A stretch of 64,000 bases of DNA, from positions 65,249 through 129,248 of the forward strand of contig DAORIZ010000002.1 of assembly GCA_035438765.1 (NCBI GenBank), read 5' to 3'. How positions within the stretch are numbered: the first letter of the stretch is position 1; every line of letters starts with the position of its first letter. Shown in pieces: positions 63,909 to 64,000 of this stretch. A program made the translations under genes and the position numbers. This DNA is from Burkholderiales bacterium. Its GTDB lineage: Bacteria; Pseudomonadota; Gammaproteobacteria; Burkholderiales; UBA11063. Under the pieces are notes generated by a model. That model was given only the letters and a program-made list of their open reading frames with translations, searched no databases and was not told the DNA's origin.

Positions 63909-64000
63909 ATGGGAATTCTATCTCGTTTAACTCGTTTATTAACTGGTAAAGCTAACTCTGTAATGGATAGACTTGAAGGTGGGAATATTGAAGTAGTCAC
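63909..64000 (+). CDS. PspA/IM30-family protein, 3'-truncated by window edge (tentative)
   Basis: MGILSRLTRLLTGKANSVMDRLEGGNIEVV aligns with the PspA N-terminus [29 protein letters not shown], recalled from memory. Confidence 0.45.
   Translation, partial: MGILSRLTRLLTGKANSVMDRLEGGNIEVV

Overview
This is an AT-rich plasmid-like accessory region. Hand counts give about 33-36% GC in coding lines. The host is probably a Gram-negative, Legionellales-like gammaproteobacterium, but that is a guess. The window appears to be a conjugative backbone X at 1-17968 and 47573-64000. X carries a PLD-type Nuc nuclease, an ArdC-like protein, traW/traU/trbC, a TraD coupling protein, a parM/parR-like partition module, an IHF/HU-like protein, an orphan methylase, and umuD-SRAP-umuC. 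A complete mobilizable plasmid Y seems to have fused into X. The fusion is bounded by two apparently identical 5,914-bp Tn3-family transposon copies (17969-23882 and 41659-47572) whose 5-bp flanks are swapped: ATCAT/TACAG, then TACAG/ATCAT. That pattern is the signature of an unresolved cointegrate. Y can be peeled further. Its core is about 7.5 kb (31083-38557) and carries a MOBQ MobA relaxase, a candidate oriT, a BcgI-like R-M pair, and TrfA with four 22/23-bp iterons. This core was hit by a second Tn3-family transposon of about 10.3 kb, with 41-bp perfect IRs and a CTATA target duplication, whose cargo is two giant paralogous surface lipoproteins. The first transposon then landed next to the res-like palindrome of the second. 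The least explained feature is 60231-61912. It is about 1.7 kb with no credible ORF, raised GC and dense hairpins. Its GNRA-capped loops and intrinsic terminator make sense only on the minus strand, so I flag it as a candidate large structured RNA. Other items include an IS256-family insertion splitting a lipoprotein gene, an (ATGA)5 repeat containing a lipoprotein start codon, a roughly 400-bp imperfect inverted repeat in an ORF-free gap, and a 24-bp box shared by two distant promoters. All protein calls come from motifs read by eye. No database search was run.
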